Counted from the first letter of the stretch, positions 19,615 through 29,319 are shown. The stretch is DNA of 64,000 bases from Nitrosopumilus sp. (GCA_965218695.1 OZ244651.1:2144001-2208000); one strand, 5' to 3'. Made by a program: numbers and translations. The notes: generated by a model from the sequence alone, not told the origin.

Positions 19615-20319
19615 ATGGTCAATCTGCTTGATCCCACAAACGTGATTACCCGCATGTTCAACGCACAGAAATACGACGAGATGTACAGCTACTGCAAGGA
19701 CCTGCTTGAAAAAACGCCTGACGAGATGGTGGCCCTGCAGAACATCTCCCTTGCCCTTGTCCATCTGAAGAGGTATCCAGAGGCCATAGAATACTGCGAC
19801 AGGGTTCTGAAGATAAAGGATTCGGACATGTATGCGCAAAAGAACAAGATCTACTCCCTGGAATGTCTGCACAGGAATGCAGAGGTTCTTGAGATCTGCA
19901 ACAGAATCCTCCAGACCGGCTCTGCTGACACTTGGATACTCAACAGCATGGGCCTCTCCCTCAACGAGCTGGATCGGCATTCTGAGGCCATTTCATGCTA
20001 TGATCGCTCGCTCGCTATCAATCCCGATGATGTCACTGCCCTGATGAATAAGGCCATATCCCTGAGCCACCTTGGCCGGTACCGGGAGGCACTTGAGTTC
20101 TATGATACAGCACAGAGGATTGATCCGAGCATTGCAGTGATCCCGCCTGCCAAGTCACGTCTATTTGAGAAGCTGGGGATGGCAGACGAGGCATTCCTGG
20201 CAGCACAAGGGGTGCTGAACCGGGACATGGAGAGGATCGCAGCCGACGCAAAGACGAACAAGTGCACCGTATTCCACCAGTTCTGCGAGAACGAGTTTGC
20301 AGAACTTGACTCCAAATGA
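19615..20319 (+). CDS. Tetratricopeptide repeat protein
   Basis: Repeated EAI.C/YD..L.I.P helical units. Confidence 0.85.
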   Translation: MVNLLDPTNVITRMFNAQKYDEMYSYCKDLLEKTPDEMVALQNISLALVHLKRYPEAIEYCDRVLKIKDSDMYAQKNKIYSLECLHRNAEVLEICNRILQTGSADTWILNSMGLSLNELDRHSEAISCYDRSLAINPDDVTALMNKAISLSHLGRYREALEFYDTAQRIDPSIAVIPPAKSRLFEKLGMADEAFLAAQGVLNRDMERIAADAKTNKCTVFHQFCENEFAELDSK

Positions 20320-20588
20320 CTGCGCCTGAATCATTCAATAACAATGCGTTGTTCTAATTTATGGACATTTGCCCCACCCATACTTGTACATGACTTGCAA
20401 GATGCCGCCCACTCGTGTCTGTGCAGGACAGGGCAAGAACACGTTTTAAGCGTATAAATCCAAACAGGCAAACATAATTGCCGATCTTGCATGTCGCCAT
20501 GCGCCTAATCATTGTATGACATGAAAGAAGACCCGACTTGTGATCTCATAAATAATTCCGTGTGAGAATCAAATGATCATGATCATGA

Positions 20589-21500
20589 TCATGATTCTGT
20601 GCGGATTTCTTTCTTTGTAGGCAGCATGGAAAACCAGGATCTCGGAGAACCGCCCTTACCCTCCAGTGCCACCAGCACCTCGTCTACGTGCTGGATCAGT
20701 TTGGTGGAAATCAGGTGGTCCGTTTTTGTAACCGTAATTACGAACTGGATGTTGTGTGTTTTTGACCGTTTGACCATGCCGTTGATTAATTTCATGATGC
20801 CGTCATATTGGGCAAAGAGCCACCCTTCCTCTATTACTATCACCTTTCTCGTCTCTGACGGTATCGAACTGGCGCACTGCCAAATGGCGTCCAACGCGCA
20901 AAACAACACGAAGAGTTCGGACTGTTTGGTGCCAATCGTAGGGGCCGAAAACACGCAGCCCCTCTTGATGTTCAACTTGCTGTCGGACTCGTCGTTAAGA
21001 AACTGTGCCGACAGGCGCGAAATTTCGTTCCTGTGGCGTTCTGGAACCAGTTCCAAAAACTCCCGCAAGGAAGAGGCGCGTTCGGCACACGTTCCGAGTT
21101 CGTATATCACATCGCCGTCCAGCCCTGCAAATTCGCCCAGCAGGTTGGCTATATTGAACGGATGGGAATCCCTTATGGGATCAAGCCCCAGTGACGGCTT
21201 GTCCTTGACCGATATGTTTTGTATGCTGAACCGTTCCCGTTCATATTCATACTCTCCTGTAACGTCCAAAACGAACACTACTGCCCCGGATTTTATGGAA
21301 TGCTCTATTATTGATTTGGCAATGAAAGATTTTCCGCTTCCAGATTTGCCCACGAGTGCGAGATTGCGAGTGGTTGGTTTATCTGAAACGAAGTTGGCTA
21401 AGGCCCATTCGTCAAAAACGATCGTATCTTGACTCTTTGAATCTTTCACGCATACAGACGCACGTCTGCATATAAATAAATGTACTTTTGGTTCTGCCAA
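20589..21500 (-). CDS. Orphan VirB4/HerA-like P-loop ATPase
   Basis: Walker A GKSGSGKS, VFVLD..GEY and Walker B VIVIEEGW. Confidence 0.65.
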   Translation of the reverse strand: MAEPKVHLFICRRASVCVKDSKSQDTIVFDEWALANFVSDKPTTRNLALVGKSGSGKSFIAKSIIEHSIKSGAVVFVLDVTGEYEYERERFSIQNISVKDKPSLGLDPIRDSHPFNIANLLGEFAGLDGDVIYELGTCAERASSLREFLELVPERHRNEISRLSAQFLNDESDSKLNIKRGCVFSAPTIGTKQSELFVLFCALDAIWQCASSIPSETRKVIVIEEGWLFAQYDGIMKLINGMVKRSKTHNIQFVITVTKTDHLISTKLIQHVDEVLVALEGKGGSPRSWFSMLPTKKEIRTES

Positions 21501-21653
21501 ACCAAGAAAAATATGGCCGCTTCATCCTTGTATGTGACTTGGAGGACGTAGTCCACTCGTGCCTGCACAAACATCGGACACGGGTGAATTTCACGTATAA
21601 AGAACATTATTGCTGTTCATAATCATTTTATACATAGTGCCTGCCATCACCCC

Positions 21654-22238
21654 TTGATGTTTACCGGGATAGTAGAGGGCACAGGCAGGATCATGGGCAT
21701 TACCCGCTCTGACCGGAGAAGTGCCATGAGGGTTACTGTAGATCTGGGAGCACACTCTGAGGGACTGCAGACAGGGCAGAGCGTCGCCCTGAACGGCGTC
21801 TGTCTTACTGCAACCAAACTGTCCGGCTCCGAGTGCGTCTTTGAGATGATTGAGGAGACTGTAACCAGGACGGACCTTGGCAATCTGAATGTGGGGGGAG
21901 TGGTAAACATAGAACGGAGCCTCAGGGTGGGCGACAGACTTGAGGGGCACTTTGTGCTAGGCCATGTAGACGGGGTCGGAACCATCTTGGAGATCCAAAA
22001 GAAACCCGACGAGGTCAGCGTGTCCTTTGAGGTTCCAGAGGACCTCTCAAGGTATATAGTACAGAAGGGCTCTGTTGCCATAGACGGCATCAGCCTGACC
22101 GTAGTCGATGTCCGGGATAACGTGGTATCCGTATCGCTTATTCCCCACACAGTCGATATCACAAACTTTCACACCAGAAGGCCTGGCGACAGGGTCAACA
22201 TTGAGACTGACATCCTTGGAAAATATATCCTAAAGTAG
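21654..22238 (+). CDS. ribE: Riboflavin synthase (bacterial-type alpha chain)
   Basis: MFTGIVE start, SVALNGVCLT and GHFVLGHVDG. Confidence 0.93.
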   Translation: MMFTGIVEGTGRIMGITRSDRRSAMRVTVDLGAHSEGLQTGQSVALNGVCLTATKLSGSECVFEMIEETVTRTDLGNLNVGGVVNIERSLRVGDRLEGHFVLGHVDGVGTILEIQKKPDEVSVSFEVPEDLSRYIVQKGSVAIDGISLTVVDVRDNVVSVSLIPHTVDITNFHTRRPGDRVNIETDILGKYILK

Positions 22239-22245
22239 GGGAGGA

Positions 22246-22281
22246 TTACCATTTTAGTGGTAACTACCAGTTTTTTAGTAA
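22246..22281. promoter_or_regulatory. Tandem 18-bp palindromic operator-like sites before the ribB TATA box
   Basis: TTACCATTTTAGTGGTAA followed by CTACCAGTTTTTTAGTAA, directly upstream of TTTATAA at ~22284. Confidence 0.45.
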
Positions 22282-22312
22282 CCTTTATAATCAAATTGCG
22301 GAAAGTTGTATC

Positions 22313-22981
22313 ATGTCCCTTGAATCGGCACTGGAGTCGCTACGGCACGGAGAGTTTATACTGCTTTATGACTCTGTAGGCAGGGAGAACGAGATTGACA
22401 TGGTCGTTGCAGCCGAGTTTGTAACCCCCGAGCATGTTGCACGGATGAGGGTGAACGCCGGAGGGCTGCTGTGCGTAGCAGTGGATTACGGCCTTGCAGA
22501 CTCGCTTGGGCTTCGATACATGCACGAGATGCTTGCAGAATCCGTACCTGACAGGGAGATGATCATGGGTCTTGCACCGTACGGGGATCACCCCACATTC
22601 TCGCTGTCAGTGAACCACTACCGAACCTACACGGGTATCACGGACCGGGACCGTTCCCAGACGATACGTGAGATGTCTGCCATATACAATGTAGAGAACA
22701 GGCAGAAGAAGTTTGTATCATCCTTCAAGACCCCTGGACATGTTCCATTGCTGATTGCCTCAAAGGGACTGCTTGCCGCACGCCAGGGTCACACGGAGAT
22801 GTCCGTGTATCTTGCACGTGCTGCAGGACTGACCCCGGTAACTGCGATCTGTGAGATGATGGATGCCCAGACGTATGCCGCACTCTCGGTGGACAAGGCT
22901 GCCGTGTTTGCAAAGCAGAACGGAATTCCGCTGATCGATGGAAAGGAACTTTTAGAGTATGCCCGGGTGAATCGGTATTGA
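22313..22981 (+). CDS. ribB: 3,4-dihydroxy-2-butanone-4-phosphate synthase
   Basis: RENEIDM, TGITDRDR, PGHV, RQGHTE and CEM. Confidence 0.93.
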   Translation: MSLESALESLRHGEFILLYDSVGRENEIDMVVAAEFVTPEHVARMRVNAGGLLCVAVDYGLADSLGLRYMHEMLAESVPDREMIMGLAPYGDHPTFSLSVNHYRTYTGITDRDRSQTIREMSAIYNVENRQKKFVSSFKTPGHVPLLIASKGLLAARQGHTEMSVYLARAAGLTPVTAICEMMDAQTYAALSVDKAAVFAKQNGIPLIDGKELLEYARVNRY

Positions 22982-23394
22982 ATATTGGAATTGTGGCATC
23001 GGAGTTCAACGATGCAGTTACACTAAGGATGCTTGCAGTGGCACGGGAGAAGGCAGACTCGATGAACCTGAAGATAACCCACACATGCATGGTTCCAGGC
23101 GCATACGACATGCCTGTTGTTGTTGACGCGCTGCTGGAGCGGGATGATGTGGACGGGGTGGTCACTCTGGGCGCCGTGATAAAGGGACAGACAAAGCACG
23201 ACGAGGTGATATTGCACTCTGCTGCACGGGCGCTTACCGATCTGTCCTTGAGGCACCGGAAGCCAGTCTCCCTTGGAATCTCAGGCCCCGGAATGCAGGC
23301 ACGACACGCGCATGCCAGAATACAGCCGGTTGCAGAACGCGCAGTCGAGGCGGTACTAAAGATATACCAGGAGTTGCAGAGAATTCAGAGATGA
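22978..23394 (+). CDS. ribH: 6,7-dimethyl-8-ribityllumazine synthase
   Basis: IVASEFN, VPGAYDMP and LGAVIKGQTKHD. Confidence 0.93.
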   Translation: MNIGIVASEFNDAVTLRMLAVAREKADSMNLKITHTCMVPGAYDMPVVVDALLERDDVDGVVTLGAVIKGQTKHDEVILHSAARALTDLSLRHRKPVSLGISGPGMQARHAHARIQPVAERAVEAVLKIYQELQRIQR

Positions 23395-24140
23395 TCCAGC
23401 TCAGCATCCTCAAGATCAGCGGGTATGGTCCGTGGACACTGACGCTGGGAAGCGACAGGGAGCACGAACTGCAGATGCTGCAGGCCTCCATGTACGGCAA
23501 GATTCAAAGGCTTTTCTCTGAGAGGGGCTGTCTGGTGTTTCACAACCGGGCCGATGAGTTCTTTGTAGTCTCAAACGGGCTCCTGCTCGAAGACCATATA
23601 GGGATTCAAAAGTCCCTTGAGGAGTCCTTTGATGTGCGCCTGACAATGTCGATAGGATCCGGGGAGTCGCCGTTCCAGGCAAACCTAAAGGCGCACAGGG
23701 CAAGAGTGGACGGCACAGAACTGGACCAAAGGTATCGCATCTTCGGGTCAGTTGACGACGGGTCCAGAAGCGTCTCGATCATGCATCTGGATGTGGACAG
23801 TCTTACCGCCCGCAGCCGTACCGACTCGCCGTATGAGATCACCTCTGCCATGTTTGGTCTGTACTCTAGGATGTCCGGATTCTTTTTGGAGCGGGACTCA
23901 CTTGCATTCTTTCTGGGGGGAGACAACTTTATGGTGGTGGCAAGCGATGCGGCCAAGGAGTCGGCGAGGCAGTTCATCCGGATGGTGCACGATGATGATG
24001 GAATCTCCCTTAACTGCGGAATCGGCAACGGACGGACAGGAAGGGAGGCTGCAGGGCTGGCTACAGAATCACTTGATATGATACGAAAGATCCGGGATTC
24101 TGGGGAAGGCAGCCCTGAGGTTTACGAGATGTCATGCTGA
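23391..24140 (+). CDS. gch3: GTP cyclohydrolase III (ArfA)
   Basis: YGPWTLTLGSDREH.LQ and FLGGDNF. Confidence 0.88.
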   Translation: MIQLSILKISGYGPWTLTLGSDREHELQMLQASMYGKIQRLFSERGCLVFHNRADEFFVVSNGLLLEDHIGIQKSLEESFDVRLTMSIGSGESPFQANLKAHRARVDGTELDQRYRIFGSVDDGSRSVSIMHLDVDSLTARSRTDSPYEITSAMFGLYSRMSGFFLERDSLAFFLGGDNFMVVASDAAKESARQFIRMVHDDDGISLNCGIGNGRTGREAAGLATESLDMIRKIRDSGEGSPEVYEMSC

Positions 24141-25324
24141 TTAGGAATGTTGCTGCCCTACTGGGCCCTGATCTTGAGTATGTCCCGGACACGTGCATAC
24201 GAATACGGAATGGGCGTTTTGGAGTGATGGGGTCTGGACTGAGGCCGCACGGTACGGAGAGGTCAGTTGACGGCAGCGGGTTGCTGATGATTCCGGGGTT
24301 TGTCAACGCCCATACGCATATCGGGGATTCTGTCGGTAAGGACATTACCCTTGACGGCTCAGTCGACCAGAGGATTCATCCCATGCATGGCGTAAAGTCA
24401 AAAATTCTCAGGAACACGCCTCCTGGTATACTGTCAGGATTCATGGCAGGCACGTGCGATTCGATGCTCAGACGGGGAATTACCACGTTTGTCGATTTTC
24501 GAGAGGGTGGCTTGGATGGCATAGCACTGATCAGACGGGCCCTGCGGAAAACTCCAATCAGGGCAGTCATTCTGGGCAGAGTCGAGTTTTATCAAGATGC
24601 GCACGATGTGGTAGGCAACGTACCTCTTCCGGATTCAAGGGTACGGGAGCTTGCCATGCTGGCTGACAAATGCGACGGACTAGGAGTCAGCGGCGCAAAC
24701 GAGAACAGTACATCGGTGCTCAAGAGATACTCCCGGACTGCCAATCTCAGGGCGATCCACTCCTCTGAGACTAGGCAGAGCGTGCGTGTGTCCGAAGAGG
24801 TTACAGGGACTGCAGAGACTGTCAGGGCACTGGACCTCAAGCCGCACTTTCTGGTGCATATGACCCATGCCTCACGCAGCGATCTGAGAGATGCGGCAAA
24901 AAGGATCCGGGGGATCGTCATATGTCCCAGGGCAAACTCTGCGCTGGCAGAGGGGATTCCTGATATTGGAATGATGCAGGAGGCAGGATGCACACTGGCG
25001 CTGGGAACTGACAACGTGATGATAAACCCGCCTGACATGTTCCGGGAGATGGACTTTCTTTGGAAGGCGACCATGGGGGTGTACCAAAGGAGGGTAGATC
25101 CCCGGGAGATTCTCAAGATGGCGACGGTGAACGGCGGGAGGATACTGGGCAGGGACGTGGGTGTGATTGCAGAGGGGATGATGGCTGACTGCATCCTCCT
25201 TGATACACATGTGATTGATCTGGAGCCCATGCACAACCCGCACGCCTCGGTGGTGCACAGGGCGTCTGAGTCTGCCATAAGGGGAGTAATGATCGGGGGG
25301 AAGACGGTTCATGGCAGCATCTAG
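24134..25324 (+). CDS. Metal-dependent amidohydrolase within the riboflavin operon
   Basis: PGFVNAHTH, IHSSE, VHMTH and LGTDN. Confidence 0.85.
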   Translation: MLIRNVAALLGPDLEYVPDTCIRIRNGRFGVMGSGLRPHGTERSVDGSGLLMIPGFVNAHTHIGDSVGKDITLDGSVDQRIHPMHGVKSKILRNTPPGILSGFMAGTCDSMLRRGITTFVDFREGGLDGIALIRRALRKTPIRAVILGRVEFYQDAHDVVGNVPLPDSRVRELAMLADKCDGLGVSGANENSTSVLKRYSRTANLRAIHSSETRQSVRVSEEVTGTAETVRALDLKPHFLVHMTHASRSDLRDAAKRIRGIVICPRANSALAEGIPDIGMMQEAGCTLALGTDNVMINPPDMFREMDFLWKATMGVYQRRVDPREILKMATVNGGRILGRDVGVIAEGMMADCILLDTHVIDLEPMHNPHASVVHRASESAIRGVMIGGKTVHGSI

Positions 25325-25976
25325 GCCGCACGTGATTCTAAGCGCAGCCGTCTCTGTGGATGGAAGGATTGCCACTAGGACAGGCGACTCTGCGCTGTCA
25401 TCAGGGAATGATACTGCAAGACTGCACAGGCTGAGGGGCAGGGTGGATGCAATCCTTATAGGAAAGAATACCGTACTGCGGGATGATCCAATGCTGACTG
25501 TGCGGCATGTACGCGGGAGGAGCCCTGTCCGAATAATTCTGGACTCTGGCGGGACGATATCCGGAAACTACCGGGTTGTAAAGACTGCAGGTGACGTACC
25601 TACCATACTGGCAGTATCTGAGAGGGTGGATGCTAGGCACCTTGAGGATCTCAGGTCGCACACGGACGTGATCGTTGCAGGACGGGACTCTGTGGATGTC
25701 AGGCTTCTGCTGGAGCGACTTGCAGCGAAGGGAATCAAGACGGTGCTTGTGGAGGGGGGAGGAAGCATAAACTGGGAGTTTGTCCGGCTTGGCCTGTTTG
25801 ATGAGATGATAGTGACAGTCTCCCCGTATCTGATAGGAGGCAGTGATGCCGTCTCCCTTGTGGAGGGGGGAGGATTTGCCATGGTTGCAGACTCGCCTGA
25901 ACTGCACCTCAAATCCGCAAGGAGGCTCGGGGATCATATCGTCCTGCACTACATCCGGAAAGAACATGGGCAGTAA
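25311..25976 (+). CDS. Pyrimidine nucleotide reductase (RibD C-terminal/ArfC type)
   Basis: SVDGRIA, DAILIGKNT..DDP.L and VLVEGGG. No deaminase domain. Confidence 0.88.
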   Translation: MAASRPHVILSAAVSVDGRIATRTGDSALSSGNDTARLHRLRGRVDAILIGKNTVLRDDPMLTVRHVRGRSPVRIILDSGGTISGNYRVVKTAGDVPTILAVSERVDARHLEDLRSHTDVIVAGRDSVDVRLLLERLAAKGIKTVLVEGGGSINWEFVRLGLFDEMIVTVSPYLIGGSDAVSLVEGGGFAMVADSPELHLKSARRLGDHIVLHYIRKEHGQ

Positions 25977-26237
25977 TCGGACCGGCTCACCTTTGCTGGT
26001 GGCCCGGGGCCTGCATCATTCATAGGATTCAAAGGCATTCTCGACTCCCCAGCCGGCTCTGTACTTCCTGCCAGTTCCTCTTGATCACCGTGCAGATCAC
26101 GGTTTAGGACGGTGGTTGCAAATGTGTGAAATCTGGCAGATTTTTTATTACCCCCCGGCACATTTTGTTTTATTCGTTACACGCAAAATAACAAAACACC
26201 AAGAATTTTTATTATGCGCCGTTAACCAAGGACACCG

Positions 26238-27479
26238 ATGGAGCACAAATATAAAATCGTAATACTGGTTACGTTGCAAATATCTCTAATAGTTGCAAGC
26301 ACTTTAATCATTGTATATTCTGAATCAGAGATAAACCTCACTGGAAACACTGTAAATGTTGCAGGAAAAAACAGAGTACTGACCAGCCAGGTACAAATTG
26401 AACTGAACCACCTATTACTCTATGATTCAATGCACAACACTCAAGTCCTTGAGGCTCTTGAGAATCTGGAGAACAATGTTTTATTTTTAAAGCACGGCGG
26501 CCAGTTATCTGAAATAAAGATATCCCCACTTGCATCGCGATTTGACAGTGATTGGAACGAGATCTGGAACACTTTTGAGGGGTACAAGGTAGAAGTGTCC
26601 GATTTGGTAAGCCAGGAAAATACTTCGTTAGAAGGCATTGTAGACGCAGAGCAGACAGGCAATGTGCTGGTACATCTGTCTGATGTACTCACAGACAAGC
26701 TGGGCAAAGACATCGAGCAGTTGTCATCCCGTCTGATATTCCTGCAGATAATGCTTGGTCTCATTAATGTTGCAGCGCATATCTCTATGATCTCTTTGAT
26801 ATGGCGAATCTTTAACCGCCACGCTGAACAAAAAATAAAGACAGAAAAGTTTGTCGCCCTGGGCGAATTTGCTGCAATGGTAGCACACGACATGAAAAAC
26901 CCGCTGGGCACAATACGCAACTCCATGACGCTGATTCAGAGTAAGGGCGGCGGCAGGACAATACCGGAGGAGACGCAAAGAATAAATCGCGCCATTAAGC
27001 GAATGTCACACCAGGTGGAAGGCGTCTTGAATTATGTACGCACCATTCCGCTTGTTCTGGAGACGGCGTCAATCCGGGAAATAATAAAGCAGTCCCTTGA
27101 TAATGTGCAGATGCCTGACACCATAAGTCTGTCCATCCCAGATGAGGATGCCGTAGTACAATGCGATACGGAAAAATTGGAGTTTGTCTTTACCAACATC
27201 CTGCTAAATGCAGTGCAGGCGCTCGGCAATGATCACGGATACATAACGGTAAAACTTGATGATAAACAGAATGCGGTTGTGCTGTCATTTGAAAATTCCG
27301 GCTCTAGCATTTCAAAGGATGATGCATTCAGAATATTTGAACCGCTGTTTACAACAAAACTGCAAGGCACGGGACTAGGCCTTACCAGCTGCAAAAATAT
27401 CATAGAACGGCACCATGGAACCATAACTGCAAGCAATAATCCAGTAACATTTACAATAAGCCTCCCAAAGCAAGTGTGA
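26238..27479 (+). CDS. Membrane sensor histidine kinase with PilJ/NarX-like extracellular domain
   Basis: Two TM segments, H-box AHDMKNPL, N-box NILLNAVQA and G2 GTGLGL. Confidence 0.88.
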   Translation: MEHKYKIVILVTLQISLIVASTLIIVYSESEINLTGNTVNVAGKNRVLTSQVQIELNHLLLYDSMHNTQVLEALENLENNVLFLKHGGQLSEIKISPLASRFDSDWNEIWNTFEGYKVEVSDLVSQENTSLEGIVDAEQTGNVLVHLSDVLTDKLGKDIEQLSSRLIFLQIMLGLINVAAHISMISLIWRIFNRHAEQKIKTEKFVALGEFAAMVAHDMKNPLGTIRNSMTLIQSKGGGRTIPEETQRINRAIKRMSHQVEGVLNYVRTIPLVLETASIREIIKQSLDNVQMPDTISLSIPDEDAVVQCDTEKLEFVFTNILLNAVQALGNDHGYITVKLDDKQNAVVLSFENSGSSISKDDAFRIFEPLFTTKLQGTGLGLTSCKNIIERHHGTITASNNPVTFTISLPKQV

Positions 27480-27481
27480 AG

Positions 27482-27850
27482 ATGGCAGATACAAAGAAGA
27501 TTCTCGTAGTTGATGATGATTATGATTTTCTCGAATCCTTGCAGTTGGTACTGATAAACGAGGGGCATGATGTGTTTCCGGCCGCAAATGGCTATGATGC
27601 CCTTACGCAATATCAGAAATTCAAACCGGATATCGTGTTTTTAGATGTAAAGATGCCAGGCATTGACGGGTATGAGACATTTTTGCGCATAAAAAAATAT
27701 GATGATGGTGCAAAGATAGTGTTCACCTCGAGCTACGTCCTGGATGATGCCAAATACAAGCAAGCCAAAAAACAGTCCCTTGCAGGCCTGATGAACAAGC
27801 CAATTAATCTGGACACTCTGCGCAGGATGATCAAAAAGCACATGAAATAA
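27482..27850 (+). CDS. Stand-alone receiver (REC) response regulator
   Basis: ILVVDDD, LDVKMPGIDG and KP. Confidence 0.9.
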   Translation: MADTKKILVVDDDYDFLESLQLVLINEGHDVFPAANGYDALTQYQKFKPDIVFLDVKMPGIDGYETFLRIKKYDDGAKIVFTSSYVLDDAKYKQAKKQSLAGLMNKPINLDTLRRMIKKHMK

Positions 27851-27853
27851 TTT

Positions 27854-28675
27854 CTAAAAAATATTAGAGTTTTCTACTGCACGCAGTCTTTGGGCGTAAT
27901 GGTCTTTTGCTTGTTTGAAAAAATCCATATACCATCTTAGCAGCTGTTCGTCCTTGTTTAATGTCTTTTTTAGTTTTTTGGGATGTTGGTACAGCAGATA
28001 TGTATAAAACCAGTATGAGATCTGTTCTGCCAAATCAAGCTCTGATATTGACTCAATATTCCGCCTGTATTTGATGTGAATGTATGACATCAACTCGTAG
28101 AGGGGATTGTCTGCATGTGCCATTTTGGGATTGTTAAGATACAGCCCCTTTGACAGTATTTGTAGGTTGTATGCGTCTGGACCTAGAGTAGATTTGACGT
28201 CTTCCCACCTGCCAAATATTCTGGGAAGCAAATGGGAATAGCTTACAGCCATCCTGTCCATGTCTTTTTTGTCCGGTTGCAATGCATCAATGCAGTACAG
28301 TATGCCGTATAAGGAAAGGCTGTACTTTGCGTATGGCTTTGCATTCTTGTTCCTAATTACAAGACCGATATCCAGTATGCCGCCAGAATGTCTTTTTCTA
28401 TCCGTTCTTCCAACTAGCAGACGCCTGTACGTTTTTTCCTGTTCTCTTACTGCAGATACCTTGTGCAGCATGGTCTTTGCCATATCCCATGTAGTGCCCG
28501 CACCATTAACGAACAAAATATGTAGCAGTTCATGCACGTTTTGCTGGTGCTTTGATTTTTCTGTTCTGGCGTTACCGTACCGCCTGTGTGCTTCTGGCCT
28601 GACGTAGAACTTGTATGACATTAAATTACCATACACGGGTGTATCATTCAAAGGCATACCGCAAGTCATTATCAA
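27854..28675 (-). CDS. Hypothetical protein, possibly winged-helix-like
   Basis: 273-aa ORF with TTWDMAK...Y.LSLYGILY. Function unknown. Confidence 0.55.
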   Translation of the reverse strand: MIMTCGMPLNDTPVYGNLMSYKFYVRPEAHRRYGNARTEKSKHQQNVHELLHILFVNGAGTTWDMAKTMLHKVSAVREQEKTYRRLLVGRTDRKRHSGGILDIGLVIRNKNAKPYAKYSLSLYGILYCIDALQPDKKDMDRMAVSYSHLLPRIFGRWEDVKSTLGPDAYNLQILSKGLYLNNPKMAHADNPLYELMSYIHIKYRRNIESISELDLAEQISYWFYTYLLYQHPKKLKKTLNKDEQLLRWYMDFFKQAKDHYAQRLRAVENSNIF

Positions 28676-29077
28676 TCGCTATATAATCATATGCCATACC
28701 GACTAGTAATGATGTGGAAGAACGCAGAACCGATCTTGCCAGCATTTGACGAAGTAGATTTTGCCTATGAATTTACTTGCAGTAATGCATGTAGGGTGGC
28801 AGAAGCAGAAAAGATTACATCACTTGCAAGGACAGTCTATTATGCCGAAATTTTAATAGACAAATTAGTGGGAGAAGATGCCACTGGCTGGTAACGCATT
28901 ATCTTGCAATTAGGGGGGCGTGTGTCTGGCCCCCTTTTTATTAATATTATGTTTATAGTATGGATTAACAAGATTTACATCGATTGGCATGTCCAAAATA
29001 GATAATATGATTACAAACCCAACGAACTTACGTCATGGCACAAATCTAAAGCGTATTTGGTAGTAAATATCTCGCCA

Positions 29078-29284
29078 ATGACAGGCATAATCCAAGATGA
29101 GAGGAGTCAACAGGATTACTTCAGATGATGCAGAGGGAATAACATCCCTGTACACAAAACACTACCCCATAACATGGTCTGACGAGGACATGTCCTGTGG
29201 GAATCATGAACCCCAACCTGTATCTTGAGGATCAAGGCGTTCCCGACATTTCACTCGGTATGCACCGCCGAGCCTCCCCGTCAC
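29078..29284 (-). ncRNA. Putative structured non-coding RNA (~207 nt), family unassigned
   Basis: Closed terminal stem and several nested helices with G-U pairs that work only on the minus strand. TATA-like CTTAAGTA about 25 nt upstream. Confidence 0.55.
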
Positions 29285-29319
29285 TATCTAATACACCAAA
29301 ACCGATACTTAAGGAGTAG

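Noticed and set aside
20599-21432. 277-aa plus-strand ORF, and similar long antisense ORFs elsewhere
   Set aside because: These are shadow ORFs of real genes on the opposite strand and carry no motifs.
28691-28939. 67-aa ORF followed by a GC hairpin and T-run
   Set aside because: No recognisable motif. It may be real but cannot be supported from the sequence alone.
29078-29284. Assignment as tRNA, 5S rRNA, RNase P RNA, or TPP/cobalamin riboswitch
   Set aside because: The diagnostic conserved motifs for each are absent, so it is kept as an unassigned ncRNA.
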